Below are positions 31,445-40,549 of a DNA stretch of 64,000 nucleotides, piece by piece. The stretch is from NCBI GenBank assembly GCA_024224155.1, contig JAAENP010000095.1, forward strand, positions 66,070 to 130,069, in the 5' to 3' direction. The notes beneath the pieces are model-generated. The model was given only the letters and a program-made list of their open reading frames with translations, ran no database searches and was not told the origin of the DNA. The stretch's first letter is position 1. Each line of letters opens with the position of its first letter. The position numbers were made by a program, and so were the translations under genes. The stretch comes from a bacterium. Lineage in GTDB: Bacteria; Acidobacteriota; Thermoanaerobaculia; Multivoradales; JAHEKO01.

Positions 31445-31966
31445 CTAGTCCTCGTAGGTAATCAGTGCCTCCAAGGGGTAGTTGTTGAGCTTGTCGCGCC
31501 CCCCCAGGAACAGCAACTCGACGACAAAGCCGAATCCGGCCACCTCGCCGCCCTGGGACTTAACGAGCTCTGCCGTCGCGGCCGCGGTGCCGCCGGTCGC
31601 AAGAAGGTCGTCCACGATCAGGACTCTCTCACCGGGCTCGACACCGTCCTCGTGCATTTCGACCTGGTCCGAGCCGTACTCCAGATCGTACGATTGCGTC
31701 ACGGTCTCGCCGGGCAGCTTGCCCGGTTTTCGCACCGGCACGAAGCCTGCGTTGAGGTTGTAGGCCACGATCGGAGCAAACATGAAACCCCGAGACTCGA
31801 TCCCGACGACCTTGTCCACGTGCTGGTCCGAAAAGAACCACACGAAGCTGTCGACTGTCATTCTCAGGGCTTTGGGGTCCTTGAGCAAAGTCGAAATGTC
31901 ATAGAAAAGAATGCCCGGCTTGGGAAAGTCCGGTATTTCTCGAATGTAGTCCTTGAGCATGTCCAT
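31445..31966 (-). CDS. apt: Adenine phosphoribosyltransferase
   Basis: The PRTase motif VLIVDDLLATGGTA. MDMLKDYIREIPDFPKPGILFYDI is the Apt N-terminus. Start trimmed. Confidence 0.85.
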   Translation of the reverse strand: MDMLKDYIREIPDFPKPGILFYDISTLLKDPKALRMTVDSFVWFFSDQHVDKVVGIESRGFMFAPIVAYNLNAGFVPVRKPGKLPGETVTQSYDLEYGSDQVEMHEDGVEPGERVLIVDDLLATGGTAAATAELVKSQGGEVAGFGFVVELLFLGGRDKLNNYPLEALITYED

Positions 31967-31980
31967 CTGGTCGTCCCCCG

Positions 31981-32259
31981 TCAGAACTGAATCTCGAATG
32001 AATCTGAGGTCTCGGCCGCCATCGACTCGGTTCGCTCTACCGAGCTGACTCTTGACATGGCCGGGCCCTTCCGGACCGCCTCCGCGAACGCATCTACCTG
32101 GCCGCTCGATCCGATCGCCAAGGCCTCCACGGTGCCGTCCGCACAATTGCGCACCCAGCCCCGCACACCGAGCCTGTCGGCCTCCCGCTGGGTATACCAG
32201 CGAAAACCGACCCCCTGAACGCGACCATGAATTCGGAACTTCCAGCCGCTCTGGGCCAT
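31981..32259 (-). CDS. acyP: Acylphosphatase
   Basis: [10 protein letters not shown] and [12 protein letters not shown] motifs, ~90 aa. The start is at the ATG 32259 or 32271. Confidence 0.7.
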   Translation of the reverse strand: MAQSGWKFRIHGRVQGVGFRWYTQREADRLGVRGWVRNCADGTVEALAIGSSGQVDAFAEAVRKGPAMSRVSSVERTESMAAETSDSFEIQF

Positions 32260-32263
32260 TGAA

Positions 32264-32863
32264 TCAGCCATCGTGCCGAGCCGCAGAGTGCGCCTTTCTG
32301 CCAACCAGCCAGAACCCGACAATCAGAAGAATAACAAATGCGATCGAAAGCCAGCCGAGATGCCGCTCGATAAAGAGCTGGGCGGACTCTCCGAGCCACC
32401 TCATGAGCAAGCCGACGGCGAGGAAACGCAAGGTGCGAGAAACGATCGACGCCAGGACGAACACCTTGAAGTTGATCTGTAGGGCTCCGCCGGAGACGGT
32501 GAAGAGCTTGTACGGAAGCGGCGTCAGTCCGGCGATGCCCACGGCCCAGGCGTTGTACCGATCGTAGTACGAGCTAACCTTCTCGAGGCGCTGCGGATTG
32601 AAGAGCCTCTGCAATAGAGGCCGGCCCCCCACCCAACCGATTCCATAGCCCGCCGCCCCGCCGAGCACCGAGGCCACCGAACAGACCAGCGCGAACCAGA
32701 GTGAGCGCTCCGGCTGACCAACGCAGAGCGCGATCAAGAGGGCGTCCGGCGGAACCGGAAAGAAGCTACTCTCGGCAAACGAGACTCCGAAGAGCGCCCA
32801 CGTGGCGTATGGCGTTTCGGCCAGGTCCACGACCCAATGAAAAAGCTCTCGAACCCACTCCAT
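32264..32863 (-). CDS. YqaA/DedA-family (VTT/SNARE-associated domain) membrane protein
   Basis: [13 protein letters not shown] ... [13 protein letters not shown] ... are the family signature. 199 aa, 4-5 TM. Confidence 0.6.
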   Translation of the reverse strand: MEWVRELFHWVVDLAETPYATWALFGVSFAESSFFPVPPDALLIALCVGQPERSLWFALVCSVASVLGGAAGYGIGWVGGRPLLQRLFNPQRLEKVSSYYDRYNAWAVGIAGLTPLPYKLFTVSGGALQINFKVFVLASIVSRTLRFLAVGLLMRWLGESAQLFIERHLGWLSIAFVILLIVGFWLVGRKAHSAARHDG

Positions 32864-32874
32864 CGTGCCGCCCG

Positions 32875-33531
32875 CTACCCCACGTCCTGCCAGCCGAACC
32901 GGCCAACCAACGGCACGAACGCCACCATCTCACCCTCTTCACGGCGGTGGCCGCCGCCGCGGAGCTTGCGGTACTTCACCAGCCTCTGCCGCTCCAGATC
33001 GCCCTCCGGGACCACGAGAATCCCGCCCACGGTCAGCTGCTCGAGAAGCGGCTCCGGCACCGAAGGAGCTCCCGCCGTCACCAGAATACGGTCGAAGGGG
33101 GCAGCTTCGCTCCAGCCGACGGTGCCGTCGAAGATCTGAATCTTGACGTTCTGGAGCCCCAGGTCTCGGATGCGGGAGATCGCCTGTCGGGCAAGGCTGC
33201 CGATGCGCTCGAGGCTGAAAACCCTCGACGCCAGATGGGCGAGTATTGCCGTCTGGTAGCCGGTACCGGTGCCGATCTCGAGCACCGAGTGCTGCTTCGA
33301 GACATTCAACAGCTCGGTCATGCGCGCGACCACATAGGGTTGCGAAATCGTCTGCGCTGCCTCTGAAGGCAGCGCGTGGTCGCCGTAGGACTGGTTGCGC
33401 AGGTGCTCGCGCACGAACAGATGCCTCGGCACCGCCCTCATCGCATCGAGCACCCGCTCATCCCTGATGCCATACGTCCGGATCAGATCCTCGACCATCC
33501 TTCGTCGCTGGAATTTGAAATCGCTCGTCAT
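32875..33531 (-). CDS. pcm: Protein-L-isoaspartate O-methyltransferase
   Basis: TISQPYVVARMTE and VLEIGTGTGYQTAILA (SAM-binding). A surE-pcm operon. Confidence 0.85.
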   Translation of the reverse strand: MTSDFKFQRRRMVEDLIRTYGIRDERVLDAMRAVPRHLFVREHLRNQSYGDHALPSEAAQTISQPYVVARMTELLNVSKQHSVLEIGTGTGYQTAILAHLASRVFSLERIGSLARQAISRIRDLGLQNVKIQIFDGTVGWSEAAPFDRILVTAGAPSVPEPLLEQLTVGGILVVPEGDLERQRLVKYRKLRGGGHRREEGEMVAFVPLVGRFGWQDVG

Positions 33532-34292
33532 TGCGAGAGATTCGCCACTCCATCCAGCTCGGCGCTCAACCAGTCATACGAATCGAGAGAGCGATAGTCG
33601 GTGAGGTCCAGGTGAAGCGGCGTGATCGAGACATACCCGTTCAAGACGGCCTCATGATCGGTGCCGGTGTCTTCGTGCCAGACCGGTTTCCCGGCGATCC
33701 AGAAGTACCTTCTGCCTCGCGGATCGAACTTCTCCACGACCGACTGCTTATAGACGCGCCGTCCCAAGCGGGTCAAACGGACCCCCTTGATGACGCCGGC
33801 CGGCACGTTGACATTGAGGAGAAGATCGGGCGGCAGCTTCTTGGTGATCAGCAGCCCGAGGAGCCGGCGAGCGAAACGGGCGGCGCCTTCGAAAGAGAAT
33901 CCCTCACTCACCTCCTGGCTGAAGGCGACCGAGGGAATGCCCATGAGCGTGCCTTCGAATGTCGCGCTTACGGTGCCTGAGTAGGTGACGTCATCGCCCA
34001 GATTGAAGCCGAAGTTGATGCCCGACACGATGAGGTCCGGCGGATCGTCCTTCATCAACCACTGCAGCGCGAGGTTGACACAGTCGGTCGGTGTGCCGTC
34101 GACCGAATACCGCCCTTCCTCGAGCATCTGCATGCGGAGCGGTCGGTCCAGAGTCAGCGAGTGGCCGCTCGCGCTCTGCTCGCGATCCGGTGCGACCACC
34201 GTGACGTCGGCCACCTCGGCCAGTGCGTCCCTGAGGAGCTTGACTCCCTCGGAGAAGACGCCGTCGTCGTTGGTTATGAGTATTCGCTTCAC
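33528..34292 (-). CDS. surE: 5'/3'-nucleotidase SurE
   Basis: VKRILITNDDGV at the N-terminus, with a probable GTG start at 34292. An alternative ATG lies at 34328. Confidence 0.85.
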   Translation of the reverse strand: MKRILITNDDGVFSEGVKLLRDALAEVADVTVVAPDREQSASGHSLTLDRPLRMQMLEEGRYSVDGTPTDCVNLALQWLMKDDPPDLIVSGINFGFNLGDDVTYSGTVSATFEGTLMGIPSVAFSQEVSEGFSFEGAARFARRLLGLLITKKLPPDLLLNVNVPAGVIKGVRLTRLGRRVYKQSVVEKFDPRGRRYFWIAGKPVWHEDTGTDHEAVLNGYVSITPLHLDLTDYRSLDSYDWLSAELDGVANLSQ

Positions 34293-34302
34293 GCCAAGCC
34301 CT

Positions 34303-35172
34303 TCAGCCCTTGATGTAAGGCCCGACAATAGGCGACAAAGCCTCGAGCGTCTCCGGTGGGATCCGAGAGGGATCGGTCATCAGCGAAGTCGCCAGGATCC
34401 CCTTGAAGGGGCTGTCCTGAGACTCATCGATCCTGTCGATCGTTCGACGAACCGCTTCTTTGGCCGTCTTGACGTTCTTCTGAAGCACTTCCATGACGGC
34501 GGTCGCGTTCACGTCGTCTTCTTCTTCATGCCAGCAGTCGTAGTCGGTGATCATCGCCATGGTCGCGTAGCTCATCTCGGCCTCGCGAGCCAGCTTGGCT
34601 TCCTGCAGACCGGTCATCCCGATGACGTCGAAATCGTTCCGACGATAGTAGAGAGATTCGGCCAGCGTCGAAAACAGCGGACCCTCCATGCACACGTAGA
34701 CACCGCCCTCGTGCACCGTCGCTCCGGCGTCCCGAGATCCGGCAATCAGCCACTCCGACAGCTTTCCGCAAACCGGGTGAGCGAAGCTCACATGCCCCAC
34801 CAGACCTTTGCCGTAGAAAGTATCGGGCCGGTGGCGCGTCCTGTCGAAGAACTGGTCCGGGACCAAGAGATGGGTCGGTACGTACTCTTCTTTCAGGCTG
34901 CCCACGGCCGAGACCGACACGATCCACTCCACCCCGAGGACCTTCATGCCGAAGATGTTGGCCCGGTAGTTGAGCTCGGACGGCAGCAGCCGGTGCCCAC
35001 GCCCGTGGCGCGGCAAGAAAGCGACCTTCTTGCCGTGAAGCTCTCCGACAATGTAGGCGTCCGAGGGATCGCCGAACGGGGTCTCGATCACCCGCTCCTC
35101 CAGAATTCGCATGCCTTCCATCTCATAGAGGCCGCTGCCCCCGATCACACCTATCCTTACGTCAGACATCAT
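34303..35172 (-). CDS. mtnP: S-methyl-5'-thioadenosine phosphorylase
   Basis: IGVIGGSGLY ... GMTGLQEAKLAREAEMSYATMAMITDYD is the MTAP family signature. Confidence 0.85.
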   Translation of the reverse strand: MMSDVRIGVIGGSGLYEMEGMRILEERVIETPFGDPSDAYIVGELHGKKVAFLPRHGRGHRLLPSELNYRANIFGMKVLGVEWIVSVSAVGSLKEEYVPTHLLVPDQFFDRTRHRPDTFYGKGLVGHVSFAHPVCGKLSEWLIAGSRDAGATVHEGGVYVCMEGPLFSTLAESLYYRRNDFDVIGMTGLQEAKLAREAEMSYATMAMITDYDCWHEEEDDVNATAVMEVLQKNVKTAKEAVRRTIDRIDESQDSPFKGILATSLMTDPSRIPPETLEALSPIVGPYIKG

Positions 35173-35202
35173 TCCTCCAGAGAAGTCTCGCCGGAACTCC
35201 GA

Positions 35203-36162
35203 TTATGCGAATGCTTGGACCGCGCTCCGCTGCTGCTCGATCTGATCGCAAACGTCCTGCGCCGCAGCCAGCGCACGCCGGCCGTCTTCGCCGGTGACGA
35301 GCGGGACCTCTTCTCCCCGGCAGGCTGAGACAAAGGCACGAAGCTCACATTTGAGCGGCTCCTCCCGTTCGATAGCAACATCCATGCGCTCGAGGTCGCG
35401 AACTCCGCCGCCCTTGCGCAGCCGATAACCCTTGATTTCCTGCTTTTGATAATCGAGCGACAGGTAGATCCCCGGGACGATGACTCTCAGTTTGCGGATC
35501 TTGTGATCGGACACTCGCGAGGCCGTCAGGTTGGCGACCAGTCCCGACTCGAACTCGAGGCGGGCGTTGGCAATGTCATCGCGATCGGTCAAGACGTTCA
35601 CTCCGACCGCTGCAAGACTCTTTAGAGGCGACGGATCCAGTCTCTGCAAGATCTGCAGGTCGTGAATCATGAGATCTCGCACCACGTCGATGTCGAGGCT
35701 GCGGGACGAGAACTCACCCATGCGATGAACCTCCGCAAAGCCGGGCGGCAGCCCGATCCCAAGTAGCGCTTGGACCGCCGGGTTGTAGAACTCCACGTGT
35801 CCCACCGCCAGGACCCGGTCGCCGGCCGCGGCGATCAAGGCGTCCGCCTCTTCCAAGGTACGGGTGATGGGCTTCTCCACCATCACGTGAAGCCCACCTT
35901 CAAGCAGTCGGCAGCCAATCTCGGCGTGATCCCGCGTGGGTGCTGCGACGACCACGGCGTCGGCCGCCGCCGCCAGCGAGTCCAAGTCGCCGAAGACTTC
36001 CGCGCCGAACTCTCCGCAAACGGCCTCGGCCTTCGACCGCTCGATGTCGAACGCGCCAACTAGCTCGGCCGTCTCGAGCTCCGACAGGATTCGAACGTGA
36101 TGCCTGCCGAGTGCTCCGGTGCCTACAACACCGATTCGAAGTCGCCGTCCGGGATCACCCAC
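35203..36162 (-). CDS. Gfo/Idh/MocA-family NAD(P)-dependent oxidoreductase (possible UDP-GlcNAc 3-dehydrogenase GnnA-like)
   Basis: The Rossmann motif IGVVGTGALGRHH and the C-terminal Gfo/Idh/MocA domain. It sits immediately downstream of lpxA. Confidence 0.7.
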   Translation of the reverse strand: MGDPGRRLRIGVVGTGALGRHHVRILSELETAELVGAFDIERSKAEAVCGEFGAEVFGDLDSLAAAADAVVVAAPTRDHAEIGCRLLEGGLHVMVEKPITRTLEEADALIAAAGDRVLAVGHVEFYNPAVQALLGIGLPPGFAEVHRMGEFSSRSLDIDVVRDLMIHDLQILQRLDPSPLKSLAAVGVNVLTDRDDIANARLEFESGLVANLTASRVSDHKIRKLRVIVPGIYLSLDYQKQEIKGYRLRKGGGVRDLERMDVAIEREEPLKCELRAFVSACRGEEVPLVTGEDGRRALAAAQDVCDQIEQQRSAVQAFA

Positions 36163-36973
36163 CGCTGCCTCGTGCCGAACGCTGGCCCGGCAAAGCCTTG
36201 ATGACGCCCAGCTCGGAGCTCTCCAGGTACTCGATCAAGAGCTCGATGTCCGGGTTACCGGCGAACTCGCTCTTCAACTGCTCGAGGGCTTGACTGGTGT
36301 TGAGGGATGACCTGAGCAGAACCCGGGCCGCGGCCTCGATCGGCTTGATTCGGGCCTCATCGAACCCCCGGCGCTGTAGACCTATTCGGTTGACACCGAT
36401 GCAAGCGGGCTTCGCTCCCACCGTCTTCATGTAGGGCAGGGCGTCCTTGGTGATGATCGAGTAGCCGCCGATATAGGCGTGTCGCCCGACGCGGCAGAAC
36501 TGCTGGACCGCGCTGAAGGCTCCGATGGCCGCGTAGTCTTCGACGATGACGTGACCGGCCAGAGTCGCCGCGTTGGTCAAGATGGCGCGATTCGCGATGT
36601 GACAATCGTGGGCGACATGGGAATAGGCCATCAGCAGGTTCTGGTTGCCGATGGTAGTGCTGCCTCCGCCCAGCCCGGTGCCCCGGTTGACGGTGCAGAA
36701 CTCCCGAAAGGTGTTGCCGTCACCGACCTCGAGGGTTGTCCGCTCGCCCTGGTATTTGAGGTCCTGCGGATCGAGCCCGACACAGGCGTGCGGGAAGATA
36801 CGGTTTCCGGAGCCCAGGATGCACGGCCCCTGAAGCTGCGCCGCGGAGCCGATCTCACAATCGTCACCCACCACGACCTCGGCTCCGATCACTGCGTACG
36901 GGCCGACACTGACACTCGAGCCGAGCTCGGCATCGGGATCGACGACCGCTGTGGGATGAATGGCTACGGGCAT
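36155..36973 (-). CDS. lpxA: Acyl-ACP--UDP-N-acetylglucosamine O-acyltransferase
   Basis: Hexapeptide repeats plus the LpxA C-terminal helical domain. MPVAIHPTAVVDPDAELG at the N-terminus. Confidence 0.85.
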   Translation of the reverse strand: MPVAIHPTAVVDPDAELGSSVSVGPYAVIGAEVVVGDDCEIGSAAQLQGPCILGSGNRIFPHACVGLDPQDLKYQGERTTLEVGDGNTFREFCTVNRGTGLGGGSTTIGNQNLLMAYSHVAHDCHIANRAILTNAATLAGHVIVEDYAAIGAFSAVQQFCRVGRHAYIGGYSIITKDALPYMKTVGAKPACIGVNRIGLQRRGFDEARIKPIEAAARVLLRSSLNTSQALEQLKSEFAGNPDIELLIEYLESSELGVIKALPGQRSARGSGG

Positions 36974-36987
36974 CTCGTGCTTCCTTA

Positions 36988-37461
36988 CTAGCTTGGCACC
37001 ATGGCCGAAGTGAGCATGGCCTCCGCCGCGACCTGCCCGTCGACACGGGCCACGCCGTGCACTTTCGCGAACGACGGCCGCGCCCTGATGATCTCGACAT
37101 CCAGAATGAGCTGGTCCCCGGGGCGCACCGGGCGGCGGAACTTGGCATCGTCGACCCCGGCGAGATAGATCAGATGTTCCGCGCGATCCGATCGGTCGTG
37201 GATCAGCAGAATCCCGGCCGCCTGCGCCAGGGCCTCGATCACCAGCACGCCCGGCATCACCGGCTGGCCCGGAAAATGGCCGACAAAGAACGGCTCGTTG
37301 ACCGTGACGTTCTTCACGGCGCGGGCGCGCTCGCCCGATTCGAGCTCGAGAACCTTGTCGACGAGCAGAAACGGGTAGCGGTGCGGCAGGACCGACTTGA
37401 TCCAGTCGATACCGTATGAGTCGCCGCTCGTGCCGCTGGCGGCGTCTGGCGCCTGCGTCAG
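36988..37461 (-). CDS. fabZ: 3-hydroxyacyl-ACP dehydratase FabZ (non-canonical start)
   Basis: LPHRYPFLLVDKV ... VKNVTVNEPFFVGHFPG ... is the FabZ hotdog signature. The conserved N-terminus lies between the skp stop (TAG 37465-37467) and the first GTG (37317). That interval has no ATG, GTG or TTG. Confidence 0.75.
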   Translation of the reverse strand: MTQAPDAASGTSGDSYGIDWIKSVLPHRYPFLLVDKVLELESGERARAVKNVTVNEPFFVGHFPGQPVMPGVLVIEALAQAAGILLIHDRSDRAEHLIYLAGVDDAKFRRPVRPGDQLILDVEIIRARPSFAKVHGVARVDGQVAAEAMLTSAMVPS

Positions 37462-37464
37462 GTG

Positions 37465-38031
37465 CTAGCTCCCCGACTCGGCAGGGGCAGCGGCTTCCGA
37501 CACGCTGCTATTGAGCCGCTGCATAACTTCGGCCGTGATGTCGATGGCTTCGTTGGCGTACACCAAGCCGCTCTCGAACTTGTTGAAGATCATCGTGTAG
37601 CCACCCTCCTGACCGACGGCATTGATGATCGGCATGACCTTGCCCTGAATGTCCTGAAGCATCTCTTCTTGACGCTTCTGCAACTCTCGATTGGCGTCAT
37701 CGTTGAACCGCTGCAGCTCGATCAACCTGTCTTCCAACTCCTTCTGCAACTCGGCCAGCTTCTCTTCGGTGAGCGAGAACTGACCCTCGGTGATCTTCGC
37801 GCGTAGATCTTGCGCTTCGGTCTGCATCGCGTTGCGCTCGTCCGTCTTCTCCTTCTGCAGGACCTTCAAGGCGTCGATGCCCTGCCTGCCCGGCTCCGAC
37901 TCCTCCAACAGCTGGACGACGTTGATCACCGCGACCTTCAGCGCCTCCTGCGCGAAAGCCGCCGGAGTGACGCATGCCACGACAAGCCCGGCGGCAGCCG
38001 CCGAGCACAGAATCAATCTCAATTGCCTCAT
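37465..38031 (-). CDS. skp: OmpH/Skp-family periplasmic chaperone
   Basis: Signal peptide MRQLRLILCSAAAAGLVVA, then a coiled-coil Lys/Glu/Gln-rich domain. Positioned between bamA and fabZ. Confidence 0.75.
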   Translation of the reverse strand: MRQLRLILCSAAAAGLVVACVTPAAFAQEALKVAVINVVQLLEESEPGRQGIDALKVLQKEKTDERNAMQTEAQDLRAKITEGQFSLTEEKLAELQKELEDRLIELQRFNDDANRELQKRQEEMLQDIQGKVMPIINAVGQEGGYTMIFNKFESGLVYANEAIDITAEVMQRLNSSVSEAAAPAESGS

Positions 38032-38047
38032 GGTCTTTCGTATGCTC

Positions 38048-40507
38048 CTAGAACGTGGTGCCGATACTGAATTGAAACTTCCGAAACCGATCGTCCGGGT
38101 ACTCATCCGGATTGAGGGCGTAGATAAACCGCAGCGGAGCCCCGAAAATCGGCACCAGAACTCGCAACTCCACTCCCAATGAGTGCCGCATCAGCGAATA
38201 ATCGAAGGACTGATCCTTGGCGAAGACCCCGCCGAAGTCGGCGAAAGCCAGCAACCGGAACGGTCCGCCAAGGACGAAATGATACTCCAGATTCATCTGA
38301 AGAAAAGTCTCGCCGCCGAGTGGCCGCCCGAACTCGTCGAGTACGGTGTTGCCGTCTTTGTCCCGAACCCAGAGCGTCCGCGGCTGGAATCCCCGGATCG
38401 AGTTCTCACCGCCCAAGAAGAAACGGTCCAGCGAGAACAGCGGCCGGTCGCCCAGAGCTTCGATGTAACCGGCCTCCACGTTCAACCCCGCCACCGTGTG
38501 CAAGCCCTCTCGAGTCACCGGCAGGTAGATGTTGAAGCCAGCCCTGGGCCTGATGAAATCCGTGTCTCCGCCGAGGAAGTCCCCCGCATACTCGAGACCG
38601 ATGTTGTAGCTCCGCCCGCGCGTCGGCTCGAAGCGGCTGTCCCGGCGATCGAAGCTGTGCGAAAGCCGCAAAGAGGAGACTCTCCGATCGGTAGTGAGGT
38701 CGATCGGTCCGCTGACGCCGTCAATCTGCTGCTGATCGAGCGAGTCAAACAAGCTGTAGGAAAGTGACAGGTTCCTGAACAGGCCGAGGTTGCGGCCATA
38801 GGTCAGAGTGCCGCCCTTGGTCTCCTGCCGGATCCTCTGCCCCACCAGAAAGTCGAAGTCCAGCTCTCGAAGAAACAACTGGATGCCCACCGATTGTGGG
38901 CGATCCAGGAACCAGGGCACGAAATAGGACAGATCCAAGACGTCCTGCCGGCCGCCGGATTGGACGCTGACGCCCAGGGTCTCCCCCCGGCCCATGAAGT
39001 TCCTCGTCCGGAAAGAAAACGTTCCGAAGAATCCGTCCAACTCACTGAAGCCGGCTCCGAACTGCATCTCCGTGCGATCGCCTTCGGCGCCTTTCACCGT
39101 CAGGTCTACCGTCTTGTCTTCGTTGTCGACGTCGATCTGCACCGGATCGTTATCGTCGACGGTGAAGTACTCGAGCTGGCGGATCCGCAGCAGGCTGTTC
39201 TTGAGAGCGCCGGAGTTCATCACCATGCTCTCCTGCAGACCCATGGAACGGCGAAGAACCTTGTCTCTGGTCTTGCGGTTGCCCTCGAACTCGATCCGCC
39301 CAACCGTATAGCGATCGCCTTCCGTCACCTTGACGACCAAATCGGCGGTATCCTCGGTGACTTCCTCGATTTCGGTATCGACGCGGGCGTAGATGTGCCC
39401 GGAATTCTGATAGACGTTGTTGATCGTCTCGACACCTTCTTCGATGATCGTCGACCTCAGCCAGCCCCCGTTCGGCTTCGGGAACTGCGCCCGCAACAAC
39501 TCGGGCTCGAACTTCTCGGCGCCTTCGACTCGAATCTCACCCAGGCGCCACCGGTTGCCTTCCTCCAGAGGCACCGTCACCACGAGCCGGCGGCGCTGCT
39601 TGTCCGGATCGGTCGCGTCCGGACGGGTCGCCTTGACCTCCGCCTTCGGGTCCCCGACGACGACGTTCTTGTAACCGGCTTTCTTGTAGCGCTTGCGGAC
39701 TTTCTCGAGGTCCTCTTCGAGAGTCGCCGGCTTGTAGACGTCCTTCTTAAAGACCCTTGCGATCGGTCCGCTCTCCTTGGTCTTGCGCATGGAGAGCTTG
39801 AGGAGCCGGTCGCTGAAAACGGTATTGCCCTCGAAGTCGATCTCCGAGATCCGGATCTTGTCGCCCTCGTCGATCGTGTAGGTCGCTCGCCGCTCGGTTC
39901 CGCTCACGGTCTCGAGCTCGTAGACGGCTTCGGCCAACCGGTAACCCTTCTCCTTGTACAGATCCTCGATGAGAGCCTTTAGACGATTGAGCTCTCCGAG
40001 ATTGAGCGGATCGCCTTCACGAACCCGGACGTTGTCCCGAGCGATCCGGTCCGCGATATCGCTGCGGCTGACGCGCTTGAGGCCGACGTACTCCACCGAG
40101 CGCAGAATGGCCCGCTCCCTTACCGACACCACCAGCAGGACGCCGCCGTCCACCGCCGAGGCTTCGGTGGCGATGTCGTCGACGAGCTTCTTGTCCCACA
40201 GATCGTGAATCTTGCGGTTGAGGGCGGTCGGATCGTAGACCTTACCGGCCGCGATCTCGAGGTAGAAATCGAGCGTCTCCGGGGCGAGGCTGTCCAGCCC
40301 CTCGTAGCGGATCTCGCGAATCGGCTTTCCGGCCAGGCCCTGTGCGAGCGTGAGGCCGGGAATCAGCCCCTGCGCCAGAAAGCAGAGTCCCAGGATTAGT
40401 CTCGGTAGGAGCCGCGCCGTTGGTGACTCCCAAGGTGCCGATCTGGCTCGGCCGAAAGCTCTGGCGATCTTAAACCCCGAAGAACGCAACTGCATGATGG
40501 ACATCAT
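38048..40507 (-). CDS. bamA: Outer membrane protein assembly factor BamA
   Basis: 819 aa with POTRA repeats, a C-terminal Omp85 barrel, and a terminal aromatic residue (…FSIGTTF). Confidence 0.85.
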   Translation of the reverse strand: MMSIMQLRSSGFKIARAFGRARSAPWESPTARLLPRLILGLCFLAQGLIPGLTLAQGLAGKPIREIRYEGLDSLAPETLDFYLEIAAGKVYDPTALNRKIHDLWDKKLVDDIATEASAVDGGVLLVVSVRERAILRSVEYVGLKRVSRSDIADRIARDNVRVREGDPLNLGELNRLKALIEDLYKEKGYRLAEAVYELETVSGTERRATYTIDEGDKIRISEIDFEGNTVFSDRLLKLSMRKTKESGPIARVFKKDVYKPATLEEDLEKVRKRYKKAGYKNVVVGDPKAEVKATRPDATDPDKQRRRLVVTVPLEEGNRWRLGEIRVEGAEKFEPELLRAQFPKPNGGWLRSTIIEEGVETINNVYQNSGHIYARVDTEIEEVTEDTADLVVKVTEGDRYTVGRIEFEGNRKTRDKVLRRSMGLQESMVMNSGALKNSLLRIRQLEYFTVDDNDPVQIDVDNEDKTVDLTVKGAEGDRTEMQFGAGFSELDGFFGTFSFRTRNFMGRGETLGVSVQSGGRQDVLDLSYFVPWFLDRPQSVGIQLFLRELDFDFLVGQRIRQETKGGTLTYGRNLGLFRNLSLSYSLFDSLDQQQIDGVSGPIDLTTDRRVSSLRLSHSFDRRDSRFEPTRGRSYNIGLEYAGDFLGGDTDFIRPRAGFNIYLPVTREGLHTVAGLNVEAGYIEALGDRPLFSLDRFFLGGENSIRGFQPRTLWVRDKDGNTVLDEFGRPLGGETFLQMNLEYHFVLGGPFRLLAFADFGGVFAKDQSFDYSLMRHSLGVELRVLVPIFGAPLRFIYALNPDEYPDDRFRKFQFSIGTTF

Positions 40508-40549
40508 CCAAGCAAAACCTGAGCCAGAAGCGACGGGTCGGAAAACGGG

